Source of the DNA: a virus
Virus record (IMG/VR): IMGVR_UViG_3300031231_000003
Coordinates: 1-64,000 of that record
Length of the DNA stretch: 64,000 nucleotides
Strand: one strand, 5' to 3'
This document shows, in pieces, positions 18,088-28,466 of this stretch (positions are counted from its first letter, which is position 1; each line of letters begins with the position of its first letter). The notes beneath the pieces are model-generated. The model did no database searches and was not told where the DNA came from. It saw only the letters and a list, made by a program, of their open reading frames with translations. Both the position numbers and the translations under genes were made by a program.

Positions 18088-18770
18088 TCATCCGGAAATG
18101 GTTTTCGATTATTGTCACGTCTCCATTTTGCATACCTTTTTTTCAAATTATCACTAATCATCTGGTGATGAAGTTTTCGTTCTTCTTCCGTTAGATTTGC
18201 ATAAAACTTTTTAATAGATTCTTTTCTTTTCAATTTCGTTTCTTCTGATTGTTTAAATCCAAGATTACCCCGTTTTCCCTTCATCGCATTACTCAAATTT
18301 TTACGTTGTTCAACGGTATATTTGTAACCTTCACTATTTTTATTTCCTTTGAGTCTCTCACTTTGAGATTTCTTCCATTCGGGTGAATGTCGATATCCAA
18401 CTCCATTTTTATTGCCTTTTAGAGCATCAGATTTTAGTTTACGAGTTTCTTCAGGTGTGTAAGAAAAACAAGAACGAATTCCATTACCACCCGGACGAAG
18501 ATTACAAACATTTCTTGATGCCAAAGGATCTTTATAAAATGTGTGATATTCTTCAATGAGTCGAATTTCTTGTTCATACGCAAATTCTTCATCGTACGTT
18601 CCAAGAACGATCTCACGAATGATACCATATTTCAAGTACTTGCGATTGTATTTCTTGTTTCGCTCAAGACATCGAACACGTCTATCATTTCCCTTGCCAA
18701 TGTAGATAATTTCGTTCGCATTTTTGCCAGTTTCAAGACGATCAATGTAGATATAAAACCTCTTCTTCAT
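18072..18770 (-). CDS. GIY-YIG-like homing endonuclease with NUMOD3 repeats
   Basis: FYIY...YIGKG...R...E...CN; repeated (H/T)SEETxxKxS motifs; AT-rich; directly downstream of thyA. Confidence 0.8.
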   Translation of the reverse strand: MKKRFYIYIDRLETGKNANEIIYIGKGNDRRVRCLERNKKYNRKYLKYGIIREIVLGTYDEEFAYEQEIRLIEEYHTFYKDPLASRNVCNLRPGGNGIRSCFSYTPEETRKLKSDALKGNKNGVGYRHSPEWKKSQSERLKGNKNSEGYKYTVEQRKNLSNAMKGKRGNLGFKQSEETKLKRKESIKKFYANLTEEERKLHHQMISDNLKKRYAKWRRDNNRKPFPDDWKFL

Positions 18771-18771
18771 G

Positions 18772-18803
18772 GATTAAGTATCAAGTAGTTGAATTACTTA
18801 ATC
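18772..18803 (-). promoter_or_regulatory. hairpin containing ATACTTA motif upstream of endonuclease start
   Basis: GATTAAGTA/TACTTAATC inverted repeat with inner TCAA/TTGA; motif 4 nt before the ATG. Confidence 0.6.
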
Positions 18804-18814
18804 AAAAAAATGTA

Positions 18815-19627
18815 CTACACGGCAATCGGCGCTTTGATACCAGCATGAGGATTGTACCCTTCGATCTTGATATCATCGTACGTGAAGTCATCGATACAAC
18901 GTGCATTCGGGTTCAATTTCAAAATGGGTAGTTGCTTCGGATTTCGCGTCAATTGCAACGTTGCTTGATCAACGTGGTTCTTGTACAGGTGCAAATCCCC
19001 GAAGGTGTGAACAAAATCTCCAACCTGAAGATCACATACTTGGGCGATCATGTGTGTCAATAGAACGTAGCTTGCAATGTTCAGCGGGACACCCAAAAAA
19101 ATATCTCCCGAGCGCTGATATAACTGACAACTCAATTTTCCGTTCATCACCTTGAAATGAAACAAGGAATGACACGGCGGCAGGGCCATGTTCGGAACGT
19201 CGACAGGGTTCCAAGCTGAGACGATGAGTCTACGTGAGGTCGGATTTTTCTTGATCTCCGCGATGACATTCGCGATCTGATCAATGTGACCTTTTTCGTG
19301 ATCAATGGGACCCGTATCGTATTCCCACCTTCGCCATTGCTTTCCATAAACGGGACCCAGATCTCCATTCTCGTCAGCCCACTCGTCCCAGATACGAACA
19401 TCGTTGTCCTGAAGGTACTTCACGTTCGTGTCTCCCTTCAGAAACCAGAGCAACTCGTGCACGACGCCTTTCATGAAGACCTTCTTGGTCGTCAATAGGG
19501 GAAATCCTTTGGAGAGGTCGAAACGCATCTGACGACCGAACACGGACAACGTACCAACACCCGTGCGGTCATCGGTTGGTTCACCGTTCTCAAGGACGTC
19601 GTGTAGGAGATCAAGGTACTGTTTCAT
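18815..19627 (-). CDS. thyA: thymidylate synthase
   Basis: [36 protein letters not shown]; canonical PIAV C-terminus. Confidence 0.97.
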   Translation of the reverse strand: MKQYLDLLHDVLENGEPTDDRTGVGTLSVFGRQMRFDLSKGFPLLTTKKVFMKGVVHELLWFLKGDTNVKYLQDNDVRIWDEWADENGDLGPVYGKQWRRWEYDTGPIDHEKGHIDQIANVIAEIKKNPTSRRLIVSAWNPVDVPNMALPPCHSLFHFKVMNGKLSCQLYQRSGDIFLGVPLNIASYVLLTHMIAQVCDLQVGDFVHTFGDLHLYKNHVDQATLQLTRNPKQLPILKLNPNARCIDDFTYDDIKIEGYNPHAGIKAPIAV

Positions 19628-19866
19628 GATACGAATTCCAAGATCGAACGAATGAATTTTCGTAAGAATCGTTCATCAAGATCATTTAAATGACAGATTT
19701 GATCAACGAAATGATGTTCAATTCCATGGCTCCATAAAACGATCACGATATCTGTATCAGAATACGCAAGAACTAAACCAATTTCATTCTCTTTGATGAA
19801 TTTATTTGAGGTAAGTTCGTATGATTTCTTTTTAAGCCTGACTTGATGATTGGGTAAAAATTTCAT
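19624..19866 (-). CDS. hypothetical protein, paralog of 9843-10100
   Basis: IKENEIGLV...VLWSHG. Confidence 0.65.
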   Translation of the reverse strand: MKFLPNHQVRLKKKSYELTSNKFIKENEIGLVLAYSDTDIVIVLWSHGIEHHFVDQICHLNDLDERFLRKFIRSILEFVS

Positions 19867-20150
19867 AATGAAGAAATCAATTCTTGCAAACGTTTTAGAT
19901 CAATATGGTTTGTATCAATCAACATTAACCCAAAATCATGGTATCGCAATACCCAAACGTTGTTTTGTTTTTCAACGACGACGGTTTCTTTCAAGATTTG
20001 AAAATCATCATTGTTGAATCCCCTGAGGGGTGAAACTCCATCAGACGTCAACATTCTGTAAGGAGGGTATTCACTTAAAATTTCGACGAATGCTTCTTTT
20101 TGTTGTTTTGTCAAAAATTGACTTGTTTGATTGAATTCTTTTAGTTTCAT
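19863..20150 (-). CDS. hypothetical protein, paralog of 10097-10375
   Basis: [19 protein letters not shown]. Confidence 0.65.
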   Translation of the reverse strand: MKLKEFNQTSQFLTKQQKEAFVEILSEYPPYRMLTSDGVSPLRGFNNDDFQILKETVVVEKQNNVWVLRYHDFGLMLIDTNHIDLKRLQELISSL

Positions 20151-20464
20151 AATACGAACCTTCCTTGTCCGACAATTTTCGAACCTGTTATGAAATCAAA
20201 ATCTTTCTTGGTCTTCGGAAATTCTTCAACGAGAGGCTCGCATCGTAAAAGTGTCCAATTGACGACATCAGCGGTGGGATCATCCGGAATCATTCTGCCT
20301 TCCGTTTGAACGACCAGCGTCCACGCAGAACCATCATCTAGTTTTACGCAAAGTTGGTGCATTTGTTTTTGCCCCTCAATTCCTATGGGAACGAAGAATC
20401 GCATCAATGCGAATCTCGACAATTTTTTCATTTGATGTTCTCGTTTCCTATAAGAACGACCCAC
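20147..20464 (-). CDS. hypothetical protein (start probably internal)
   Basis: ORF in co-oriented run. Confidence 0.45.
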   Translation of the reverse strand: MGRSYRKREHQMKKLSRFALMRFFVPIGIEGQKQMHQLCVKLDDGSAWTLVVQTEGRMIPDDPTADVVNWTLLRCEPLVEEFPKTKKDFDFITGSKIVGQGRFVL

Positions 20465-20754
20465 TCTCTTTCATGGTTCATGAATAATTTTGTAACTCTT
20501 TGTTCGCCATGATAGAACATCCAACCTTTTCCAATGTACGTGTAAATGTACATCGATCTTGTTCGATACGGTAGAGGAACTGCATGACGTCGTGGGGGAT
20601 ATGCAAGATCTTGAATGATTCCTTGCCGTATGACGTTACCGCTCCCACCGGGCCGAGCACTATTGCAAATATGAACCACATCGCCGGGGCGAAGTTCAGT
20701 CGTCGTCTTTATTGGAAAATCCTTGTATCTCACACGCAATTCGTTCCCGTGCAA
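20428..20754 (-). CDS. hypothetical protein (LRPGDVV motif)
   Basis: ORF in co-oriented run. Confidence 0.45.
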   Translation of the reverse strand: MHGNELRVRYKDFPIKTTTELRPGDVVHICNSARPGGSGNVIRQGIIQDLAYPPRRHAVPLPYRTRSMYIYTYIGKGWMFYHGEQRVTKLFMNHEREWVVLIGNENIK

Positions 20755-21578
20755 TGCTCTGTCATCTTGTATGGACAGAACATGCAGCTCGTCTTGTTCT
20801 TCAAGAACATCTTACGATCCATTGAAGCGATCATGTTGTTGATGACGTTCAATGCTCGACCCGTTGTCACATTACCGACTGAAACCGTGATGAGCTCGCA
20901 GTTATTTCCCGGCTTCGCAGTGCGTTTCAGGATCACGAATCCGAGCCTAATGTTCTTTGGATCAGTTCCCGTTTTCTTTGCCCAGTAGTTACGGTACAGG
21001 ATCAGCTGAGCTTTTGTCAGTTCGTCCGAGCGCTTCTCAGCCGACCACCCCCAGCCGGACGTTTTGGCATCGATCATGAAAATAACGCGTTTGCCCCGCC
21101 AGTCACATGAAATGATCGCATCTATGAACCCCTTGAAGAAGTAAGGATGCCCCTCAATTGGCTCATAAAGTTCATGTTCCGCATCGATACATTTCCAATT
21201 TTTGAACGTTTCGTCGTAAAAAGTGGGAATCGTTGAGAGAATGTTTCTTGCTTGTTGCAAGAATACATTGACATCTAACAATTCACCCTCTCGATCCTTG
21301 AATTGTCCTTCTTCGAATGATTTTTTGATCAAATCTAAAGCAATTTCCGGCTTCATCTCATGAGTTCTAATGAAATGTTCATGAGCGGCGTGAATTGCAG
21401 TTCCAAAACTTGAGCCCCAATTCTGTTTATCGAGATCAATCTTATTAACTTGTTTAAGTTTGTGGCTCCATGAACATCCGACCCAGTTAGAAACTTCAGA
21501 GAAACTGACGTGTGCTTTTCCCGTTGGTAACAGATTTACGGTTTCATCAATTTCAGTTCGATTTTCAGCCACCTTCAA
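20730..21578 (-). CDS. PD-(D/E)xK exonuclease, Cas4/AddB-like with Fe-S Cys
   Basis: SFS...C; FGTAIH; E...FKGFID...IDAKT; C-terminal CMFCPY...C. Confidence 0.85.
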   Translation of the reverse strand: MKVAENRTEIDETVNLLPTGKAHVSFSEVSNWVGCSWSHKLKQVNKIDLDKQNWGSSFGTAIHAAHEHFIRTHEMKPEIALDLIKKSFEEGQFKDREGELLDVNVFLQQARNILSTIPTFYDETFKNWKCIDAEHELYEPIEGHPYFFKGFIDAIISCDWRGKRVIFMIDAKTSGWGWSAEKRSDELTKAQLILYRNYWAKKTGTDPKNIRLGFVILKRTAKPGNNCELITVSVGNVTTGRALNVINNMIASMDRKMFLKNKTSCMFCPYKMTEHCTGTNCV

Positions 21579-21807
21579 TCGTATAAACTTACGAACATTA
21601 GTTCACCTATGAGCAAAAATGTGATTCACGATGAAAGATTTCTCGGGTATGTGGATCTTGTTCTTAACCATGGAGACGAAGATAACGAGCGATCCACCAT
21701 CGAAATGTTCTGCGGAAAAAACGAGCATTTGTTGCCAATGACCTTTCGTTCCAATTAGAACGTCGCCTCGTTTCAATTCACCGTAGGTCATCATTCCGTG
21801 TCGTTCT

Positions 21808-22080
21808 TCAAAATTTTAATACACCGGAAACACAAAGATCAAAATTTCCGATTGAAAATTGATCTATCAAGTATCGATAAATTCGTTCATGCAATTCATC
21901 GTCGTCTGAACCAGACATTTCTAGAATGCGTTTCGCCTCGTTCAAGCATTCATCAGCGGGAACACCATGCGTTAGGATGAATTGATGCGTGAGGTAATGA
22001 TTCAACTTCTTTTCAAGATCACCATCTCCGTCCATTTCTCTCCAAGAATCTTTCTTGTTGAGATCTTGTACCAATTTCAT
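21808..22080 (-). CDS. hypothetical protein
   Basis: 90-aa ORF. Confidence 0.5.
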   Translation of the reverse strand: MKLVQDLNKKDSWREMDGDGDLEKKLNHYLTHQFILTHGVPADECLNEAKRILEMSGSDDDELHERIYRYLIDQFSIGNFDLCVSGVLKF

Positions 22081-22090
22081 GATTCTGATC

Positions 22091-22354
22091 CTAGCACTTG
22101 ACGTAACCTTTTACGTTCAAATCATCATGACAATAGATCATTGCATCCGGTTTTTCACCTTTAACACAGGGGCGGAATGTTGCAATAGGTTTACCAAGAT
22201 CGATCATACGGTTCGACTCGGGATCAAGTGAGAACGTGGGGCTGAACAATTGCACGAATCCCTTCTTTTTAGGGTGGGGTTGGTACACTTTTGACGGCGG
22301 TTGACTGTCAATCTGAGCTTGAGCAAGTTCTGGATTGATCTTCTTTTGTAACAT
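22091..22354 (-). CDS. hypothetical protein (start probably MLQKKINP)
   Basis: Non-overlapping part of ORF 22091-22489. Confidence 0.5.
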   Translation of the reverse strand: MLQKKINPELAQAQIDSQPPSKVYQPHPKKKGFVQLFSPTFSLDPESNRMIDLGKPIATFRPCVKGEKPDAMIYCHDDLNVKGYVKC

Positions 22355-22707
22355 TAATTCGAATTCCTTGAAGATGTTGCTGGAACTTGCAACATTTGTG
22401 GCACAGTTAGTTCGTCCAATTCTTGGTAAAATGAATTGAATGCCGTCAATGCTTCCGTCACAAATTCTCGACCGTATGAAGCTGCCCAATTACGAAGACA
22501 ATCTAGCATCTCCGCTCGCGTTGAACCTGATTGAAAACTTAATCGACTTAAAAAAGCATCCTGCTTCATTGGACCATCGCTTAATCCGAACACGACTGAT
22601 GACGTGTACGCTTCAATCCAAATGCTATGTTTAAACGTTTTTAGGACAAGCGTGTAACCTTGCATAGTTGGCTTTGAACGAAATTCACTTATTTGTCCTT
22701 CAATCAT
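22354..22707 (-). CDS. hypothetical protein
   Basis: 117-aa ORF. Confidence 0.45.
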   Translation of the reverse strand: MIEGQISEFRSKPTMQGYTLVLKTFKHSIWIEAYTSSVVFGLSDGPMKQDAFLSRLSFQSGSTRAEMLDCLRNWAASYGREFVTEALTAFNSFYQELDELTVPQMLQVPATSSRNSN

Positions 22708-22760
22708 TTTTTGATACTACAATCTTGCAACAACGACGTACAAAATCACCTACTTAGCAA

Positions 22761-23350
22761 GTGCCTGCTCAGTCGATCAAGAGCGTGAAAGGAAAGGGTT
22801 TTGCGCTTCACGTGAGATCATTAGGTTACGGCTGATTTCCAAGTTCGTGATTTTTTTTGAACGTCATTGATGATTGTTTTTATGGAATGATCGTTCTAAG
22901 AAATCCGATCGGTCAAGCGTACGGTGCCAAGGAAGTCGCTAAAAGTGCCGCTAAAAAAGGATACGGGCCGATGCTTTACGACATTGCAATGAACGATGTG
23001 GGAGGGCTCATTCCAGATCGTAGATCGGTGTCAAGGGATGCAAAGAACGTATGGAAGAAGTACATGGAAAGACCCGACATCGATCACAAGAAATTAGATG
23101 ATGTCGATGATCCAAAGACGCCCACCGAATTCGATGACGCGAAAACGTACAATGACGTCGGGCGCAAAATGAAGATGTGCTGAATTACGCGTTCTTTCTT
23201 GATGACTACCCGCCACATGAGCAATTGATCAAGAATGATGAGAATTTTTTCAAGGAGTGTTCAAAATTCATTGAACACACGAAAATAGAAAATTCTCTAG
23301 CCTTAGGATTTCAGATCTTTTTTTCTAGAAAGTATTCACTGATTCAGTGA
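22761..23350 (+). pseudogene. frameshifted gene with GNAT-like GYGPMLY motif
   Basis: CTACTTA then GTG at 22761; middle ORF 22857-23183 (KGYGPMLYDIAM...DRRSVS...AKNVW); a plausible C-terminus continues in another frame (LNYAFF...FFSRKY). Confidence 0.5.
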
Positions 23351-23529
23351 ATGCGCATGTTACCAACGTTTGGTAACAAACCGAATGCTTGAAGAACCCA
23401 AAGAACCAAAGCAACGATTGCGACGACGCGCAAGATCTTACGTACCGTATCATCCATGGGAATTGAACCAATGGCCCACAAAATCAATCCAAAAACAGCA
23501 ATGATGACAAGAATCGTTAAAATAGACAT
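23344..23529 (-). CDS. small two-TM membrane protein (Thivi_2564-like)
   Basis: Two hydrophobic helices separated by IPMD; ATAATTA 4 nt upstream. Confidence 0.7.
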   Translation of the reverse strand: MSILTILVIIAVFGLILWAIGSIPMDDTVRKILRVVAIVALVLWVLQAFGLLPNVGNMRIH

Positions 23530-23594
23530 GTGTTAATTATTACTACGACGCCATCTGGGGATCACAATTCCTCAAGAAACTCAAATCAATCAGT

Positions 23595-23987
23595 TCAAAG
23601 TCGTACCTTCGAATTCGTTCTCAAACTAACGATGTTGAATTTTTCTTTCGTTGCTTCACCTAAATCAACATCAAGTGAATCCGCAAGCAGATCCAAGTAC
23701 GCTTGAATGTCACCAATTTCATGACGAATTTTTTCCATCGGAACGTCATCGCCGCGACGCAACTTTTTCAGCTCACTAGCAAGTTCTCCAACCTCCCCCA
23801 CAAGGCACATCAACCATTCAGCGGGTGACCATGCTTTCACCTCATGGTAACTTGATACGCATCTTTCAACGTTCGCTTTTCGAAATTCCGCAAAAGTCAA
23901 TGATCGCGAACATTTAGGGACATCATACAAGTTTGCGTACTCTGAATCGTAAAGTGCTTGTGTTTCTTGATCATCAATCGTATTCAT
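23595..23987 (-). CDS. mazG: MazG-like nucleotide pyrophosphohydrolase
   Basis: LVGEVGELA...HEIGD (ExxE...ExxD). Confidence 0.8.
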   Translation of the reverse strand: MNTIDDQETQALYDSEYANLYDVPKCSRSLTFAEFRKANVERCVSSYHEVKAWSPAEWLMCLVGEVGELASELKKLRRGDDVPMEKIRHEIGDIQAYLDLLADSLDVDLGEATKEKFNIVSLRTNSKVRL

Positions 23988-24625
23988 ATTTTCACCTCAT
24001 CAGGTTCAAGAGCCCACTCAGGTTCTTTGGTGAAACATGAATTAAAAGCCTTGAGATGATTTTGTTTCACATCATTGTATTTTTCAATCATCTCGTGATC
24101 AGGATCGACTTGAAGTTGATGGGTGAGCATCTGACTAATGACATCTTCCAGTGTTGAAACTTCTTTCATGTCGGGAAACATTTCTTTCGTAATCTCATCG
24201 ACCTTTCGAGCTGAATCCTCAGATTCGAATCGACCGGCTTGATTGTACGGTTTTATCCTTTTCACGAAAAGATCGAGATGCTTCAGTCCTTCATGAATTT
24301 GTAACTCACGAATTCGTTTACACGTATCAATAAGCAATCCTGAGCCCGAGTAGAAACGATCGTACACGGAACTCATGTTCAAAGGACGATCCGAAATTAT
24401 CCAGTCAACATTTCCATAAAGATTACTTTCTTCTCGTAATTGCTTTGAAAGGATATAGAGCTCATCCCACTTTTTAATCTTATCCCCCCGCCATGCCCAA
24501 GCTTTGACGTATTCACGAACAAGTTCGACTGAATAATTTCGTTTCTTTAGCTCGGCAAAAACTTCAGCGGCAAGTGTAGATTTTCCAGATCCCGGGCCGC
24601 CATACAACGACACAATGATTGTCAC
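23984..24625 (-). CDS. P-loop kinase/ATPase (AAA_28, NadR-like)
   Basis: GGPGSGKST, ELVREYVK, IISDRPL. Confidence 0.75.
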   Translation of the reverse strand: MTIIVSLYGGPGSGKSTLAAEVFAELKKRNYSVELVREYVKAWAWRGDKIKKWDELYILSKQLREESNLYGNVDWIISDRPLNMSSVYDRFYSGSGLLIDTCKRIRELQIHEGLKHLDLFVKRIKPYNQAGRFESEDSARKVDEITKEMFPDMKEVSTLEDVISQMLTHQLQVDPDHEMIEKYNDVKQNHLKAFNSCFTKEPEWALEPDEVKI

Positions 24626-25401
24626 AAAATCAATCCTTCATTTTTCAAAATATTAACATCCATTTCTGACAACGTTTTTCCTTCATTATAACGTTTTAAT
24701 GCGAATCGTCTCCGTCCTGCGATTGCAATATTTCTAACTCGCCGTTTGTAAAGTTCTGGATTTTTCCAGAGGTTACGTTGAAAGTCACCTCCCAAAAATT
24801 GATGGCGACCTTCTTCAACAAGTTTTTTATTTAATTGTGATGCTCGTTTAGACGACCATTCACGATTTTGAAAATGATGTCTACCTTCACGAACTTTTCT
24901 TAATTGAATTTCTCGAAAATACTTCGATCCCTTCTCGCCTTGAGCATGATGAGTTCCAGCAAGAGCTCGTTTCTTACTCATCGTGAGAAGATGATGCGTG
25001 CCATTTTCAACACGTAATTTTTGCATTTTACGACCAGTATCACCTTGAAACGGATGAACACCATTACTTGATGCTTGCAAATTTTGATCAGTCAAATTTT
25101 TTGAAAAAATTTTACGAGCGATTTCATATTGAAATGATGACACAATTCGCTGTGTTTTACCGCCTTTTCTAATCATTGACCAAAAAGCGTTGATCATCTT
25201 CGATTTATCTTTGCCTTCGAACATTTTTGTCAAAAGCCAATGAACAATGAAATGTTGTCTACACGACAAGCGTACAATGTTATCACTAGCATTCGAACCA
25301 CCCAAACTTTTGGGAATTATGTGATGCTTTTCAATGTAACCCGTTAGTATGTTGTTACGTGGATCATAAATGATCTGATTGTAAATCTTGTGGTAATTCA
25401 T
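24622..25401 (-). CDS. HNH homing endonuclease
   Basis: EKHHIIPKSLGGSN...NIVRL...HFIVHWLL; C-terminal G(T/R)HHF repeats. Confidence 0.85.
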   Translation of the reverse strand: MNYHKIYNQIIYDPRNNILTGYIEKHHIIPKSLGGSNASDNIVRLSCRQHFIVHWLLTKMFEGKDKSKMINAFWSMIRKGGKTQRIVSSFQYEIARKIFSKNLTDQNLQASSNGVHPFQGDTGRKMQKLRVENGTHHLLTMSKKRALAGTHHAQGEKGSKYFREIQLRKVREGRHHFQNREWSSKRASQLNKKLVEEGRHQFLGGDFQRNLWKNPELYKRRVRNIAIAGRRRFALKRYNEGKTLSEMDVNILKNEGLIL

Positions 25402-25748
25402 AGATCCTCGTCTTGAATCGCATCGTAGTGCGCGTCGTTCAAATCACCGTCAACGACCTCAACATCTTCCCAACCGTGTTTTCTTTTAATATCGTTCCAA
25501 AGATACAAATGATTTCGCCGAACATCTGCAAAACCTCGGGCGAGCGATAAGCATTGTTTGAACGTTAAACGATTCAAAACATCCTTCGTTCCATCATTGA
25601 ATGTGAAAGTTCTTTCGCTGTCGGATTTTTGCTTTTCATTCCACCAAAAACTCACGGCCTCGAATGGAATGAAGAACAACGTTTTGTTTCGCCAAAGCTT
25701 GGTGTACCAAGGTTGGTTTGAATAGAATTTCGAAGATGGTAGAAGCAT
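25398..25748 (-). CDS. hypothetical protein
   Basis: 116-aa ORF. Confidence 0.55.
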   Translation of the reverse strand: MLLPSSKFYSNQPWYTKLWRNKTLFFIPFEAVSFWWNEKQKSDSERTFTFNDGTKDVLNRLTFKQCLSLARGFADVRRNHLYLWNDIKRKHGWEDVEVVDGDLNDAHYDAIQDEDL

Positions 25749-25832
25749 TAACTTTTGGGGGTTCGAAGTGACTTACCAATGATACAACCTACCAACACGC
25801 CACACAAAATTAGAACAATTGATGCGAACATT

Positions 25833-26837
25833 TTACTTTTCTCCTTTTTCTCTTTTTGAAACTGCACGACCTTGCAAGGCAATCCAGTCAGCTTGTGGAC
25901 GAACTTCTAAATTTTTTTCCCATGTTGCAGCAAGGACCTTTGAATCAACATTCAAAGATTTTGCCAAACACAACAATGTGTTAAGATCCTTGACGAAACA
26001 ACTTCCCCCGAACCCGAGAACCAACTTTCCAGTTCGATCATCAGGCATTGGGCCGGGGACCTGCCAGTGAGAAGTTCCGATTCGTTCATCAAGTGATGCA
26101 ATCTCAATGATTCGATCATAATCAACGTCTTGTCCGTTCAACTTCAACGCTTCACAAATTTGATAAATTTCGTTTGCATATGAAACTTTGGTTGCAAGAA
26201 ACGTGTTGATCACGTACTTGTTCATCTCAGCGTTCACCGCACTAGTCTTCACGATCTTAACTTGTGGAAATGCTTCCTTGTACATGTCACGTACTTTATT
26301 ACAAGCTGGCTTCGGACCGCCCAAAACAATGCGATTCTGATTCTTGAAATCTTCGAGAGCAGAAGCTTCACGCAAAAATTCAGGGTTGAACACAATCTTC
26401 AACCCCGTTCCCTCGAACTCCTTATTCCATCGTTCGGTCGTACCTGGAGGGACCGTAGATTTGATCATCGCAATGCGTGAACCTGGAATCTTTGACATCT
26501 CCAGAAGAACATTCGAGACAATTGTCGTATCACATTCACCATCCTCGAACATCGGAGTCGGTAAACATACGACAAAGATACCAAGAAAATTATCTTGTTT
26601 CTCACATAGTTCAACGAACTCAGTAATTGAACGAGGACGAACGCGAATGCTAGATTCATTCGACTTGGGAATGACATCGATCCCGCCTGGTGCTACCTTT
26701 CCAGCAATATCGTAAACGTAGACATCGAATGCATGCGACATGCCGGTCGTAAATGAACCTCCAACGAATCCTTGACCACAAACTGCCACGCTTTTTTTAT
26801 TTTCCATGGTTTGAAACCTTTCTATCAATTCAATCAC
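25833..26837 (-). CDS. ugd: UDP-sugar 6-dehydrogenase lacking the C-terminal domain
   Basis: GQGFVG, IKSTVPPG, FNPEFLRE, GFGGSCFVKD. Confidence 0.88.
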   Translation of the reverse strand: MIELIERFQTMENKKSVAVCGQGFVGGSFTTGMSHAFDVYVYDIAGKVAPGGIDVIPKSNESSIRVRPRSITEFVELCEKQDNFLGIFVVCLPTPMFEDGECDTTIVSNVLLEMSKIPGSRIAMIKSTVPPGTTERWNKEFEGTGLKIVFNPEFLREASALEDFKNQNRIVLGGPKPACNKVRDMYKEAFPQVKIVKTSAVNAEMNKYVINTFLATKVSYANEIYQICEALKLNGQDVDYDRIIEIASLDERIGTSHWQVPGPMPDDRTGKLVLGFGGSCFVKDLNTLLCLAKSLNVDSKVLAATWEKNLEVRPQADWIALQGRAVSKREKGEK

Positions 26838-27225
26838 ATGAATTCAAAAATTTTTGCTTGAATTCAATGAACGGTGAATCGCACCCGTAATGGTTATCAT
26901 GCTTGAACGTAGGTCCTCCACAGATCAGGCACATACCCGTACATCCCGGAATTCCCGCATAGACGTCACGTTTTGAAGGTTGTGGAACAACATTCATTGT
27001 CTTGCACTTTGAAATGCAATTTGAATCAGAACACTTCATTTCTTTGCATTCGTTCCTTCGCCCATTCGAATCATCAGATCCGCAAAATCCCACGCATTCC
27101 TGCATGTGATGTTGAAGTAATCGACCTGAAGTTGAGGATTCTCGAGCATGTACTCTTGGCGAGGCATGTGTTTTTGTAGGTATAAGGCAGCAAACGTATC
27201 ACGGGGTGTCATCATTTTCCAAATA

Positions 27226-27549
27226 TTACTCTTCATCTCTCGTGTGTTCATTCACCCACTCGCAAATGATATCACCGTGACATGCTTTTGGTTTGCAAAA
27301 ACAACCCAACATCTTTCCCTTCAATCCAAGAACGTTCTTTCTGAACTCATGATCAGATTCAACACGACACTCAAAGTACGCTCGGAAACAAACAAGCGTA
27401 CTAGCTCCTTCACAGTGAAGCTCACCACAAAACTCACATACTTGATCGATCTTGACTGGATTACCGAAGTAACCAGATTGTCCATGACCTGGACGGCCGA
27501 TGTAGATGTCGTAAGATGATTTTCGTAAGTTAACGACCGTCGTCTTCAT
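27226..27549 (-). CDS. DUF4326-like protein
   Basis: YDIYIGRP...FGNP...LGCFCKPKACHGD. Confidence 0.8.
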   Translation of the reverse strand: MKTTVVNLRKSSYDIYIGRPGHGQSGYFGNPVKIDQVCEFCGELHCEGASTLVCFRAYFECRVESDHEFRKNVLGLKGKMLGCFCKPKACHGDIICEWVNEHTRDEE

Positions 27550-28466
27550 GTTTGTCTCAGCAAGATGTCAACGAATTTATTCCAGCCATCGTAATCTCGA
27601 ACGAACTTCGCTGAAGCAACGCTGATCTCTCGCTTTTGCTCAAGTGGCATTTTCTCGATCATGTTCAAGATATCAGGAACTTGATCGATCGTCTCGTATG
27701 TGTAGAGTCCTGGAAAATCTTTCACGTACTCCGCGCCTGCACCACCAGCGTTCCTGATACACAGCGCCCCGCGACCCTGGAACTCAGCGACCTTACCCCA
27801 GAGACCGTTACGCATCACGAGTTTTTCGCCACGATACGTGTGAAATCTATCGTCACGATACACGACGGTTTCAATGTCGGAAATTGAATTCATGTACTGC
27901 GTGTAGCTTAACCAAGTGTAGAATTGAATTACAACGTTCTTCGATGACAAGTAATCGAACAATTCTTTTCTATCGGTATGAATCTGTCCGGGAAATCCGA
28001 TCTTCACATTTCGAGGTTGTGACAATTCAGCATGACACATTTGAGGAAGCAACCACATGTCACCGTGGTCGGCATCGTAACCTTGTGATCTAAGCCAGTT
28101 AGCCCACCATGAAGATGTGACGACGTGCTTGACGTTCAACTTTCTTTTGAAATCAGCGTAGCAATCAAGGTACTCTGGCATCTCATCAGCGAACGAATTC
28201 CAGGGATCCTGATCGTAGAAAACTACACGATGACCATTCAACGACTTCGCAACCTGATCAACATGTTTTTGAAGGTAACGTTGACGCATCGTTATGATCA
28301 CTTGATCGTAACAAGAAAGATCGACCTTGTCGATCTCATTGTTGGTGATCAATGAATGGTTCACTTTTGGATGGTTGTGAAGCGAGAATGACAATTGTGA
28401 ATGAAAACAATTCGTGGTCGCGTACTCGATGCTATCACAAACTTGAAGAACGTTGATTTGACTCAT
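27546..28466 (-). CDS. divergent GT-B glycosyltransferase-like protein
   Basis: YDQDPW, IGFPG, KVAE motifs; lies in the sugar cluster. Confidence 0.55.
   Translation of the reverse strand: MSQINVLQVCDSIEYATTNCFHSQLSFSLHNHPKVNHSLITNNEIDKVDLSCYDQVIITMRQRYLQKHVDQVAKSLNGHRVVFYDQDPWNSFADEMPEYLDCYADFKRKLNVKHVVTSSWWANWLRSQGYDADHGDMWLLPQMCHAELSQPRNVKIGFPGQIHTDRKELFDYLSSKNVVIQFYTWLSYTQYMNSISDIETVVYRDDRFHTYRGEKLVMRNGLWGKVAEFQGRGALCIRNAGGAGAEYVKDFPGLYTYETIDQVPDILNMIEKMPLEQKREISVASAKFVRDYDGWNKFVDILLRQT

Noticed and set aside
18815-18817. Genome-wide TAG stop-codon reassignment
   Set aside because: thyA ends with TAG exactly at its canonical PIAV terminus, and long genes are intact under the standard code
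18072-19627. Group I intron in thyA
   Set aside because: thyA is uninterrupted; the endonuclease is free-standing downstream
20730-21578. CRISPR-Cas system suggested by the Cas4-like nuclease
   Set aside because: No repeat-spacer array or other cas genes were seen; stand-alone Cas4/AddB-like nucleases are common in phages
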